From: a virus
Virus record (IMG/VR): IMGVR_UViG_3300035670_000055
Location: 1-64,000 of that record
DNA length: 64,000 nt
Strand: one strand, 5' to 3'
Shown here piece by piece: positions 9,601 through 19,037 of this stretch (positions are counted from its first letter, which is position 1; each line of letters starts with the position of its first letter). Under the pieces are notes generated by a model. The model ran no database searches. It worked only from the letters and a program-made list of their open reading frames with translations, and was not told the DNA's origin. A program made the translations under genes and the position numbers.

Positions 9601-12028
9601 TCAAAAAATTATAGGAATAGATAACTCTGTAGATACCGTCTTTGGAGGAGATACATTCATTAGTAGATTTACTTTTAAAACAAAACTTCCTTTTTTCTTA
9701 GACAATAGGGTAGGAGCATCTGACGATTCTGATATTTATTATGATGAAATAGGAAACGTAGCTTATCCAAAATATTGGCATTCAGCAAGATCTGTTACAA
9801 AAAGTTACTTTTTGTCTAAAACAAAGGTACTTCCAAATATAATTTCTTATAAGGCGCATAACTTTGATTGCCCAAATAATCAAGGTACAGAGTCCTCTGG
9901 GTCAGTTGAAGGAACATTAACTGGTAATCCTAATAGAATGTATTATGATGGATATTTTTATTTATTTGCCTACGGTATTCCTAGTTTCTATTGTGAAAGT
10001 TCTTATAATGTAGATCTAAGACAGGCTTTTAACAGTAAAGAAGGTGACTTTTATCCTCATGTTAGTAAAGGAATTCCTGATGATTGGTTACAAGAAACAA
10101 ATGTTACAATAAATCAAGATAATACCTATTATTATAACACGACTTATTCTAAACAAAATAAAGAGAATACATTTACACATCTTCCTGTAGATTGGGAATC
10201 TGAAAGTTATACTAATTATCCATTTAGAGCAATTTATTCTGATTCTCAAAATACAAGTGCTGATGCAATCACTAATAATTGGTTAACTTATAGAGCATTA
10301 TCTTATTATGATTTTCCAAAAAGTTATGGAAAACTAATAAGTTTAGATGGTATACAGAATAGAGCAATTCTTGCTAGATTTGAAAACAAGAGCTTGTTAT
10401 ATAATAACTTATTAACTATTGATACAAGCAATCCACAATCTGCATATGTAGGAAATCCTAATATGTTTAGTGCTCCTCCGATAGACTTTGCAGAAACAGA
10501 TTTAGGTTATGTAGGTTCACAACATAAATTTCTATTAAAAATACCAGAAGGACAAGTAACAATAGATGCAAAAAGAGGACAAGTATTTATTATATCTGGA
10601 ACTTCTGTAACAGATATATCTGGATTTGGGTCTGGAATGAATAGATTCTTAACAGACAATTTAGATTTTGAAATATTAAAATATTTTCCAGATATAAATA
10701 TAGATAACCACTTTAAAGATTTTGGACTACATGGTGTATATGACTCTAAATTTGATAGAATAATAATAACAAAATTAGACTATATTCCATTAAGTAATGA
10801 GATTAAGTATAATAATAATAAAAAATATTTTTATATAAATGAAAATGTAGGAAATATTACTGTAGAAAAAATAATAGATGTAAAAAATAATTCATACTTT
10901 TGTAATAGGTCATGGACATTATCTTATTCAATAAATTTAAGAAAATGGATTTCTTTTCACAGTTATATTCCTAATTTTTATATAGCAGAGAACAATTTCT
11001 TTTACTCTGGAATAAATGGAGAATCAAGTGATTTTGAAGCCATTGCTGGAGAGGTAATTCCTATACCAACTACTACAACTACAACTACTAATTTTATTCC
11101 TCCATTTACAACCACAACAACTACAACTAGAGCATTAGATTGTAGATTAGAAGGAGAAGTAAGAATTACAGATTGTGAATTTAACGGAACAGCAATTATT
11201 ACTGTACCTCCAGATGTTCCTACTTGTCAAAGACCAGAAGGATTAGTTTATTCTTATTTTGTTACAGGATATACAACAACAGATCCTGTTACAGATGTAA
11301 CTTCTACAGGAAGTTCAATAGATGCTAGTAATGCTGCTGAATATTTAAACTCTCTTTCTGAAGGTACTACAGGAGTTAGTACTAAATTATTATTAGTAAC
11401 AATAGAAGGACTTAATGTAGGAGATAGTGTTTATTTATATAATGGTTCTGAAGACTGTACAACTATTCCTGACGGATGGTATTTTACAGAAGAAACAGCA
11501 TATAATCAGTACGTATTTAGAGTGGTGTCTGGAAGAATAACAGAAATATATAATTATATTCCTGTCACTACTACAACAACTACAACTATACCTATTACAA
11601 CTACAACTACAACAATAGTGTTAGATTGTACAATTGAAGGAACAGGAGTTATAATTACACCATCTACAACCACTACCACTACTACTACTACTATTGGAGA
11701 TAATTTATTATTTAAATTAATAAATCCGTTAAATAATCCTGCAGATGGTTACATAAGTAAAAATGATTATGAAGGAGGTCCTTATCTTACAATAAATACA
11801 TCAGGTATGTTAAATGGCGTTCTTAATACTGGGGATACATTTGCTGCAGTATTTAAAAATAATTCAACAACAGAAATTAGACAAGTTAGATATTTATATG
11901 AATCTTCAATTAGAGGAGTATTAAATGATACAACTTCATATGTAAATGTGAACGTTGGTGTAACTACTACAACTTTTACAAAAATAGATGGAGAAACTAT
12001 AACAATAACTTTAGAAGTTTTAAATTAA
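6617..12028 (+). CDS. tail muzzle/stabilisation protein (P22 gp10-like), with poly-Thr C-terminal extension
   Basis: 1803 aa; GYLRDEVYPF, FGGDTFISRF and WTLSYS...WISFHSYIP motifs typical of crAss-like muzzle proteins. Confidence 0.8.
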   Translation: MAEQDSQNNITLNYNFANGGLNLDQTPNQIQKGVLTYALNATVESFDYNSINYQNEQGNDFCLNFPEGYVLIGKYFISEQNKHVFMLVNPDSQNSEIGYMESNNCKYNTIVNAKCLNFDINYPIHKIVHKISKEGTEIYWTDSKNSRRYLNIDAFPKKIKEGSSLCNPEYTEELDCNKIKVQPDFKIPTLEIKEIIGGGNIISGTYQFAIQYCDSIGSPYTSYYSITNPTPIADPTITTQNFNYSVGKSIVVEVDNLDTSGQAQYFNLAVIKTINAISSVELVGTYYIDNINKKITYTGQQVDNIRLTINDIFEKFPLYDVADDVTAAQDVLIWKGLTSIDRMNYQSIANKIKLQWESWRIPATENYSDEYNATNLRGYLRDEVYPFEITFLLKNGKQTDSFHIPGRKLTPSEELLPSINIDNEDSIINTSSSPYWETYNTATIISTHPNYQPTEDYKGPYQYGEFAYWESSETYPCNSEVWGDLAGKPIRHHKFPDVNISPIFESKTFIVSSSIQMGNCAVFPIGVKIDNSQIETLINTSNLTTEQKADIVGWKIVRGDRGTNKSIVAKGILRNVNSYERAGQTYLYPNYPYNDLSEDPFLNSNNNAFSDICEEFNINVTQLDNEGKAIIRYNDCNTNKETTTTLTSLGDVKFCSIGKPTIDSPAKAEIGTTSYEVWRVSVGDQGCAVGWVDPINGYTREWLTGVWLGSGESKVIHVVIGSGEPDRVDGRGRLYKEKLETVYGSGNCSISASQGTSNIEQLSHRQVFNSPETSFGQPFLGNVLKLESVIFGGGKAHFVEVKNNAKYKLLTQEIQIDALLSANELGHITNPFDASAFFAAYQGYIEIYLRSISRKNFAYSYNSIAEYNYSKPIPNGVGVKQRLLDIKRYIIPGVQSIGDDYNINNYQRETSVFLKTDVTKDPLPLPNKTNSIINAVTGKSIIEDKSRHTISELGICSTPDIEKDITTLSYYASIKNIYSGQWGQMYSYDTIDTGYQKIIGIDNSVDTVFGGDTFISRFTFKTKLPFFLDNRVGASDDSDIYYDEIGNVAYPKYWHSARSVTKSYFLSKTKVLPNIISYKAHNFDCPNNQGTESSGSVEGTLTGNPNRMYYDGYFYLFAYGIPSFYCESSYNVDLRQAFNSKEGDFYPHVSKGIPDDWLQETNVTINQDNTYYYNTTYSKQNKENTFTHLPVDWESESYTNYPFRAIYSDSQNTSADAITNNWLTYRALSYYDFPKSYGKLISLDGIQNRAILARFENKSLLYNNLLTIDTSNPQSAYVGNPNMFSAPPIDFAETDLGYVGSQHKFLLKIPEGQVTIDAKRGQVFIISGTSVTDISGFGSGMNRFLTDNLDFEILKYFPDINIDNHFKDFGLHGVYDSKFDRIIITKLDYIPLSNEIKYNNNKKYFYINENVGNITVEKIIDVKNNSYFCNRSWTLSYSINLRKWISFHSYIPNFYIAENNFFYSGINGESSDFEAIAGEVIPIPTTTTTTTNFIPPFTTTTTTTRALDCRLEGEVRITDCEFNGTAIITVPPDVPTCQRPEGLVYSYFVTGYTTTDPVTDVTSTGSSIDASNAAEYLNSLSEGTTGVSTKLLLVTIEGLNVGDSVYLYNGSEDCTTIPDGWYFTEETAYNQYVFRVVSGRITEIYNYIPVTTTTTTTIPITTTTTTIVLDCTIEGTGVIITPSTTTTTTTTTIGDNLLFKLINPLNNPADGYISKNDYEGGPYLTINTSGMLNGVLNTGDTFAAVFKNNSTTEIRQVRYLYESSIRGVLNDTTSYVNVNVGVTTTTFTKIDGETITITLEVLN

Positions 12029-12038
12029 TATAATTAAA

Positions 12039-12902
12039 ATGTCAAAAACTGTAATAGTAAAATTAACAAAATCTGGTGCTAATATAGGTCCATTTAAAAT
12101 TAGTGATGAGTATGGAACTATATTAGAACAAGATATTTCAAAAGATAGACTTATTAATGGTATAGGATATACTGTTAATGATGATGTATCTGTAATTAGC
12201 CTTGAGTCTACAGGAGATATTAAACTGATAAAAACAATTCCTGTTGGTGAAATTAGTTCTTTGGATTTAATAAATAATTACACAGAAATATCAACTGGTC
12301 AAGTCTGGAAACATTTATTAAATACAACAAAGTATAATAATTATTATGGAAAAATACATCCTTACATAGTTGAATATCCATTTATATATCAGTATCAGGA
12401 TGAAATACTACAAAATGTACAAGACTATAGTAAAGTGTATAAACATATAAAAGAACCATTTAATTCGTTTACTGACTTTGAAAAAGTAGAAGTAAATAAT
12501 GAATGGTTTAATAAAGCAATTCTTTATAATGGACAACAAAGTTCTGGAATATTAAATCTTATTCCTAAACCTATAAATAATTTAAAAAAATACGTAAGCT
12601 ATCCAAAATTCAATTTAGATAGTAAGTCTATTCTTTATACTAAAAGTGATAATCTATATCAATATAATACATTCTGGTCTGTAGTAAAAAATACTTCTGA
12701 ACCATTGTTTATTAAGTCATGTGAAAACTTATCTATAGATAAAGAAGTGAATCAAAGTAATATGGATTATAGTAGTAGAAGTTTTAAAAAAGAACCTCTT
12801 AGAGCAAAGTATTTAAAAATAAGACATATAAAAGATGATAGTGATGATACACATATTGTATCTCAATTCATTATAGGAACTACACAAAAATCATATAAGT
12901 AA
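12039..12902 (+). CDS. probable separated C-terminal part of muzzle protein
   Basis: YNNYYG, FNKAILYNGQQSSG and LRAKYLKIR resemble muzzle C-terminal segments (from recall). Confidence 0.55.
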   Translation: MSKTVIVKLTKSGANIGPFKISDEYGTILEQDISKDRLINGIGYTVNDDVSVISLESTGDIKLIKTIPVGEISSLDLINNYTEISTGQVWKHLLNTTKYNNYYGKIHPYIVEYPFIYQYQDEILQNVQDYSKVYKHIKEPFNSFTDFEKVEVNNEWFNKAILYNGQQSSGILNLIPKPINNLKKYVSYPKFNLDSKSILYTKSDNLYQYNTFWSVVKNTSEPLFIKSCENLSIDKEVNQSNMDYSSRSFKKEPLRAKYLKIRHIKDDSDDTHIVSQFIIGTTQKSYK

Positions 12903-15754
12903 TGGGAAGAAAGTGGTTAGATAATTACGGACAAGAAGATAATTATAATGATTCTAAAATATCAATTCCTCCAGGATTTGTAGGACAAGGATATGATGTA
13001 TCTGGAAGAAATTATTCTTCTGCATGGGGAGGACAATTTCAAGAAGGTGGTAATTTAGAACCTAAATGGGAATACTCAGAAACAAATGGAACTTTACTCC
13101 CACAAAATAATTTAAAAACTTCAGAAATAAATTATTTAAACGAATGGTTAAATTCTCCAATGGCTAAAAAAATAGCAAATAAAAGACAAGGAGTATCAGG
13201 ATTAGAAAATTTAAATATTAGATTAGAAAGAATAAATGATAAAAACTTAGAAATATCCACAGCAGAAGATTTAATGAAATCAAACAATTCTTATACAAAA
13301 AAGAAAGGAGATAGGTTTAATAATAAAAATCTACAAGGAATTACTTTTATGAATCCTTCTATGAAATATGGAAATATTGTAACTAGAAAAATGGCTCCTG
13401 AGAATGTTATTTTACATGAAGGAGCACATCAATCTACTGCTGGTAATTCTTTATTATTAAAAAATGATGTGGAAGATATTCTTTCTAGAGTTAAAGATGA
13501 TACAGGAAGTTATTTAAGTAATCCTACAGAAGTACATGCCAGATTAAATGTTCTCAGGAAAGAATTAAAAGATAGTGGTGTAGTAGATCCTTTCAAAACA
13601 CCTGTCAGTAAAGAACATCTAAATAAATTTTTAAATAGATATAAAAACCCAGGTGAAAAATCTGATAAACCTCTAATTGAAGCTAATTCAGGAGAATTGT
13701 TAAATATTCTAAACTCACAAGATGATGCTGTCTGGTTATTGAATAATATTGTAAGTAATCAAAATAATAATTTAATTCCTATAGCTCAAAATGGAAGAAA
13801 CTTAAAAAGGTTATTAAATGATAATATTAAATCTGATTCAAATATCAATTTAAATTATACAAAAAGAAAAAATATTGACCCTGGAAGAGAAATAAAAAAA
13901 AATAATAATATAGTTGAAGGTATTCAAAATAAATATAATGTTTCTAGGAATAAGGCATTAGAAATAAAGCAGAAATTAGAAACACAAAAGTATATAAATA
14001 AAAAAATAGATAATCCTTATGAAATAAAACCTGGTGAAGACCAATCTTTTTTATCAAAATCTTGGGAAGTATTAACAAACCCTGCTACTGCGGCTAGTTA
14101 TTGGTTAAACGATCAAAGAATACCTGATCGTTTTAGTAAAGGAGAAAGAAATAACTTAGATATTGCAACAGATTTATTCAATCCTTTTGGTATAGTTGAT
14201 TCTGCAAAAAATGCAGTAAAAGAAACAATCAGTATTCCTAAAAATTTATATAATAGCGAATATGGGGAAGCAGGAAGTAATTTTTTAAATGCAGGATTAA
14301 ATACGTTGTCTGTGGTACCTGCTTTAAGAGAATTAAAAGGAGTAAAAGTTCCTAAAATAAATACTTCTATAAATTCTTCAAGTGTAAATAAAGCAGGTCT
14401 ATCAAATTCTTTAAATTTAATTGATAATAATTTATTTAATAATTTTAATAATAAAGCAAATGAATATATTTCAGGAGTTAACGAAGGTATAGTAGAATCT
14501 AGTTTAACAGGATTAAAAAAACTAGGTTTAATTAATAAAAATATTAATAGTAGAGAGTTATCAGAGATTTTTCCAATTACTAAATCTCAAAAAGAAATTT
14601 CTAATTTCTTACAAGATGAAGAATTTAAAAGAGCTACTAAATTTTATAAAGATTATGTATATAATAATAATGGAAAAATGAGACCTGTTATATATAATAA
14701 AATGAAAAAGATATTTCCTGAGATAGATGAGACTGAGAATAATTTACATATTGATCATTCTAGAAATCCCTTTAATACTACAAGAGATATATTAATTAAT
14801 ACATCATCTTCAAGTATTAATAATTCTAAGTTACCTAAGTATATAAAAAATTATTTAATTGAAAATCGTGGTAAAATTAATGGAGTAAACTTTTCGGATG
14901 ATGTAAGTTTAACGATTAGGAATAAAGGATGGTTTAATGTTCATCCAAAAAACATTGGAGAAACAGCTGTTCATGAGGGAGGTCATTCTATTCAAAATTT
15001 TGGCAGGGAGATTGGCGATACTGATTACATAACTGAGCCTTGGTCGTCAGTACTTACTAAATATGATCCTGATTTCGATTATCATACTTCAAATCCAAAT
15101 ACCGGTATCGGAATACAATTTAAAAATAGTTTAGTTGAGCCTAGTAAAACAGATCGGTATCAGACTTGGAAGTCTTCTCCTAATGAACTTCATTCAGAAT
15201 TAATAGCTGCTAAATATAATTTTTACAAAAAACAATTAAAAGAAGGATTGACTTCTGAGGAAGCTATGGAAACAGTATTAAATCCTACAGATAAAGATTT
15301 TCAATGGCTTATTAAAAATAAAAATTTAAATAAACATTTTAAGAAAAATGTGTCTGAAGAAGAAAAATTAAAATTATTAAGAATATTTCCTGCTATGGCA
15401 GTACCGATTACTGGATCATATATATTATCGCAACAAAAAAATGGTGGAATAATAAAAGACAATGATGGTTATTGGAATCCTAAAAATTGGGGAAAAGTTG
15501 TTGAAATAGATTCTAATGATATTACAATGAAAGGAGTAGATCAACCTTTACTAGGAATATCAGATGAAGGAGATGTTCAATATATGGAACCAAATAAAGA
15601 TTATAAATTTAAAGGAAAAAAAGTAAGAGAGTTTCCTATAGCAAGAAATGGAATAAATAATTTAGATGAAAATTCCTTGCAACAATTAGATCAATTAACT
15701 AACTTTACAAATTACAATAAGCTATCTAATGGAGGATGGCTAGACAAAGTTTAA
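12902..15754 (+). CDS. internal virion protein with two zincin (HExxH) metallopeptidase-like domains
   Basis: HEGAH (13415-13429) with downstream PTEVHAR; HEGGH (14972-14986) with downstream PNELHSE. Confidence 0.7.
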   Translation: MGRKWLDNYGQEDNYNDSKISIPPGFVGQGYDVSGRNYSSAWGGQFQEGGNLEPKWEYSETNGTLLPQNNLKTSEINYLNEWLNSPMAKKIANKRQGVSGLENLNIRLERINDKNLEISTAEDLMKSNNSYTKKKGDRFNNKNLQGITFMNPSMKYGNIVTRKMAPENVILHEGAHQSTAGNSLLLKNDVEDILSRVKDDTGSYLSNPTEVHARLNVLRKELKDSGVVDPFKTPVSKEHLNKFLNRYKNPGEKSDKPLIEANSGELLNILNSQDDAVWLLNNIVSNQNNNLIPIAQNGRNLKRLLNDNIKSDSNINLNYTKRKNIDPGREIKKNNNIVEGIQNKYNVSRNKALEIKQKLETQKYINKKIDNPYEIKPGEDQSFLSKSWEVLTNPATAASYWLNDQRIPDRFSKGERNNLDIATDLFNPFGIVDSAKNAVKETISIPKNLYNSEYGEAGSNFLNAGLNTLSVVPALRELKGVKVPKINTSINSSSVNKAGLSNSLNLIDNNLFNNFNNKANEYISGVNEGIVESSLTGLKKLGLINKNINSRELSEIFPITKSQKEISNFLQDEEFKRATKFYKDYVYNNNGKMRPVIYNKMKKIFPEIDETENNLHIDHSRNPFNTTRDILINTSSSSINNSKLPKYIKNYLIENRGKINGVNFSDDVSLTIRNKGWFNVHPKNIGETAVHEGGHSIQNFGREIGDTDYITEPWSSVLTKYDPDFDYHTSNPNTGIGIQFKNSLVEPSKTDRYQTWKSSPNELHSELIAAKYNFYKKQLKEGLTSEEAMETVLNPTDKDFQWLIKNKNLNKHFKKNVSEEEKLKLLRIFPAMAVPITGSYILSQQKNGGIIKDNDGYWNPKNWGKVVEIDSNDITMKGVDQPLLGISDEGDVQYMEPNKDYKFKGKKVREFPIARNGINNLDENSLQQLDQLTNFTNYNKLSNGGWLDKV

Positions 15755-15757
15755 TAT

Positions 15758-18700
15758 ATGAAAGCACAATTTCTTAAAATAGCTGGTGTAAAATCAGAGC
15801 GTGAGTTTTATCAAAGATTCCCAACAGAAGAATCATTCTTTAAAGCTTTTCCTGAAGCTCTTAAATCTGCACAAATGGGAACTAATGTTCCTGGTATAGT
15901 AGATGGAATTGGAATGGGAATGGCTGGTATTGAAAGTACAGGCAATATGTTTGAAGAATTAACTCCAATAAATAATCCTTTTTCTACACAATCTATTGTA
16001 AATAACATGGCAAATAAGTTACCAGTTAACACTTCTTCTATTCCTTCTATTGGTAATGATGTTTCTGGGTTAGATAAAGTAGGTTCTCAACTTCCAGGAC
16101 TTGCTGGCTCTGTAATAAAAGGAATTTCACAAATAAAAGCCCAAAAACAAAAATTAAAAAAAGCAAAACAAACAAATCAACTTTCTGAAATGTACAAAAC
16201 GTTATCTGGAATTAGAGAACAGCAACCAGAAAGAAGGTATGTAAGACCAGAAGATTCTTTAATAAATTCAGATCAATTATATCCATCCACAGGAGTTGGA
16301 ACTAATGTTCTTGCTAAGAATGGTAAAAATATAGATTCATATCAATTTGGTGGAGAATTATCTAGCATATTTTCAAAAGGAGGATTGGAAAATATAGCTA
16401 ATTCTGGAATTGTAGACAAAGGAATGTCTGCATTGTTTCCTGATATGGATGATAGTGGGGGTGCAACTATAGGTGGAGCAATAGGTGAAGCAGCAGGAAA
16501 CTTCATACCTATACCTGTAGTAGGACCAATGATTGGTAAAACTGTAGGTAAAATTGCAGGAACTCTGTTAGATACAACTGGTAAAAAGATAAAAAAATAT
16601 AATAAAGATACAGAAAATAATCTTACAACCATGATGGTTAACAATGGAGCAACAGGAATGCATCAAACAAATTATTCATATATGGAAGATGGAGGATTAA
16701 TTCCATTAATGGAAGAAGGTGGAGAATTACAAACTCATTGGGGAGGACATGCTGAAACAGTTTCTCAAAATCCTTATTTAGAAGATGGTGGAGAAACAAT
16801 AATGTTTAGAGGCAATTCACATAATGAAGCTGATAATGATGGAAATACAGGAATAGGAATAACTTATGGAAACAGTCCTGTAGAAGTTGAAAGAGGAGAA
16901 CCAGCAACAAAAATAAATGATGAATTAGTTGTATATGGAAATCTTCAAATACCAAATCAATATGTAGAGTTATTTGGAGATGATAAAGCAAAAGGTAAAA
17001 AGTTTAAAAATTACATAAAAGAAATTTCTAAAGATGAAGAAAAACAAAATAAACTTTTAGAAAAGTCTATGATGCAATTAGATGAATTAAACCCTGCAGA
17101 TCCATTTGATAAATTAAAATTTAATTCTTTAAAATCAAATGTATTAGGAGCAAATACTAAATTAAAAGACATTGCTGAAAAGAAAAAAATTGCTGCTAAT
17201 TTACAAGAAGCAATTAATACAACAGCAGAAGAATATGGAGTAGAAGCAGATGCTCTCGCTAAAGGAAAATTAAAACCTATTTCTAATTCAAATATGAATA
17301 TTGCAAAAGATGGTATTACTAAGAAAAAAAATAATTCTAATGAAGGTAATGTACACCAAAACCTTAATCAACTAACGCAGATATTAGCAAATAAAGGAAT
17401 TGATTTTAACATAACCAGTGGATATAGAAAAGGAGAAAAAACAGCACAAGGTAGAAATTCTAGACATGCTACTGGAGAAGCATTAGATATTACATTTCCT
17501 AAATTAGGTAAAGAAGCATATAATAAAATGATAAATGATCCAGATATTGCAAAATTTGTGTATGATAATGGGTTAACCGTAATTGATGAATATGATCCTA
17601 ATAATCTGTCTCAAACAAAAGGTAGTGGTGGACATCTTCATTTTGGATTTGACAAAAGGACTAAACTCTCTGATAAATTTAGAAAAGAATATATTAGTAA
17701 ATATCCTTCTACTACAACTACAGAGACTACAAATCCTGAATATTTAATTAAAGGGAATCAAAAAGGAGCAATTGATTATAATGATAGAAAAACAACTTCT
17801 AATGACATCTGGAAAGGAGATAATTATAAAAACGTATGGATACCAAAAGTTAATTCAGCAATAAGTAATCCAGAAATAGCAGATAAATTAATTTTACAAA
17901 TTGAAAATTATTCTGGACAAGACGCAGATGATGTAAAATATCAATTATCAAAAGCTAAAACAAAAGAAGAAAAATTAAAAATAATTAATAATTTAGCAAC
18001 AGATGAGCTGTTAGGACCATTTCATAGATTGGTAAATGATTCTATTGATATGGCTTCATCTCCAAATAATAATGAATTTGCAAAAGGAATAGAGCTTCCA
18101 GAAACAGTTATAACAAAAAAGAAAACATCAGGAATTCCTAAGGAAACACCAAAGAAAGATAGTAAATTATTAAATGTACTTTCATCAGCAATGCCTTATA
18201 TCAGACCTTCTGATGCAGAACCATTAGATTATAATCAACTTCTTGGAGAAATGTATGCTTTGGGAAATAATCAATTAGAACCTGTACAAGCACAATCATA
18301 CCAACCACAATTAAGAAATCCTTATGATATTTCCTTACAGGATATATTAAATGAAAATCAGGCTGATTATAGATCACAACAAAGAATGATTGGGAATAAC
18401 CCTGCTGCACAAGCAATGTTAAATGCTCAAAAATATGCAGCTAATCAAAAAGTATTAGGAGAACAATTTAGATTAAATCAGACAAATAAAGACCAAGTAT
18501 ATTCTCAGAATATCAATACATTAAATGATGCTAAGCTTAAAAATTTAGCAATTTATGACCAACAATATGACAGACAGGCTTCTGCTAAAGCTAATACGAA
18601 AGCTATAACACAAGCTGCTTTAAACTCTATATCATCTAAATATTTACAAAATGATGCAGCTAATAAAAAGCTCCAGATATATGAAAATTTGTATGGATAT

Positions 18701-18949
18701 AGATTTGACGACCAAGGAAGAGCAGTTAATTATAATGGTCCTGTTAAATTTAATAGTCCACAAATAACAGATGGACAAGATATTCCTATTTATGATAATA
18801 ATGGAAATATTGTAGGATATAAAAGAATGGGAAATCAACAAACTACAAATAGTGTAAGAACTCTTCCTATAAACCCAGAAAAAACAACGGACACAAAATC
18901 TAAAAAAAGTTTAAATGGTAGTATTGTAAAAGCTATTAAAAATTTGTAA
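15758..18949 (+). CDS. internal/ejected virion protein with peptidase M15-like domain
   Basis: ITSGYR...SRHATGEALD...HLHF (about 17400-17650); EVERGE motif; Gly-rich hydrophobic segment; Gln/Ala-rich coiled coil. Confidence 0.7.
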   Translation: MKAQFLKIAGVKSEREFYQRFPTEESFFKAFPEALKSAQMGTNVPGIVDGIGMGMAGIESTGNMFEELTPINNPFSTQSIVNNMANKLPVNTSSIPSIGNDVSGLDKVGSQLPGLAGSVIKGISQIKAQKQKLKKAKQTNQLSEMYKTLSGIREQQPERRYVRPEDSLINSDQLYPSTGVGTNVLAKNGKNIDSYQFGGELSSIFSKGGLENIANSGIVDKGMSALFPDMDDSGGATIGGAIGEAAGNFIPIPVVGPMIGKTVGKIAGTLLDTTGKKIKKYNKDTENNLTTMMVNNGATGMHQTNYSYMEDGGLIPLMEEGGELQTHWGGHAETVSQNPYLEDGGETIMFRGNSHNEADNDGNTGIGITYGNSPVEVERGEPATKINDELVVYGNLQIPNQYVELFGDDKAKGKKFKNYIKEISKDEEKQNKLLEKSMMQLDELNPADPFDKLKFNSLKSNVLGANTKLKDIAEKKKIAANLQEAINTTAEEYGVEADALAKGKLKPISNSNMNIAKDGITKKKNNSNEGNVHQNLNQLTQILANKGIDFNITSGYRKGEKTAQGRNSRHATGEALDITFPKLGKEAYNKMINDPDIAKFVYDNGLTVIDEYDPNNLSQTKGSGGHLHFGFDKRTKLSDKFRKEYISKYPSTTTTETTNPEYLIKGNQKGAIDYNDRKTTSNDIWKGDNYKNVWIPKVNSAISNPEIADKLILQIENYSGQDADDVKYQLSKAKTKEEKLKIINNLATDELLGPFHRLVNDSIDMASSPNNNEFAKGIELPETVITKKKTSGIPKETPKKDSKLLNVLSSAMPYIRPSDAEPLDYNQLLGEMYALGNNQLEPVQAQSYQPQLRNPYDISLQDILNENQADYRSQQRMIGNNPAAQAMLNAQKYAANQKVLGEQFRLNQTNKDQVYSQNINTLNDAKLKNLAIYDQQYDRQASAKANTKAITQAALNSISSKYLQNDAANKKLQIYENLYGYRFDDQGRAVNYNGPVKFNSPQITDGQDIPIYDNNGNIVGYKRMGNQQTTNSVRTLPINPEKTTDTKSKKSLNGSIVKAIKNL

Positions 18950-18990
18950 TAAGTTTAATTACAAAACTTTAACCAATTTAATTATTTTTC

Positions 18991-19022
18991 TTGGACAATA
19001 TTACTTTTTTAAATTATATTTG
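18991..19022 (+). promoter_or_regulatory. Bacteroidota-type -33/-7 promoter
   Basis: TTG (18991), 21 nt, TATATTTG (19015-19022); 15 nt upstream of ATG 19038. Confidence 0.65.
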
Positions 19023-19037
19023 TTAATATATTATATT

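Noticed and set aside
11060-11700. ACN-rich runs as microsatellites or CRISPR-like repeats
   Set aside because: They are in-frame Thr codons with mixed third positions and no repeat-spacer structure.
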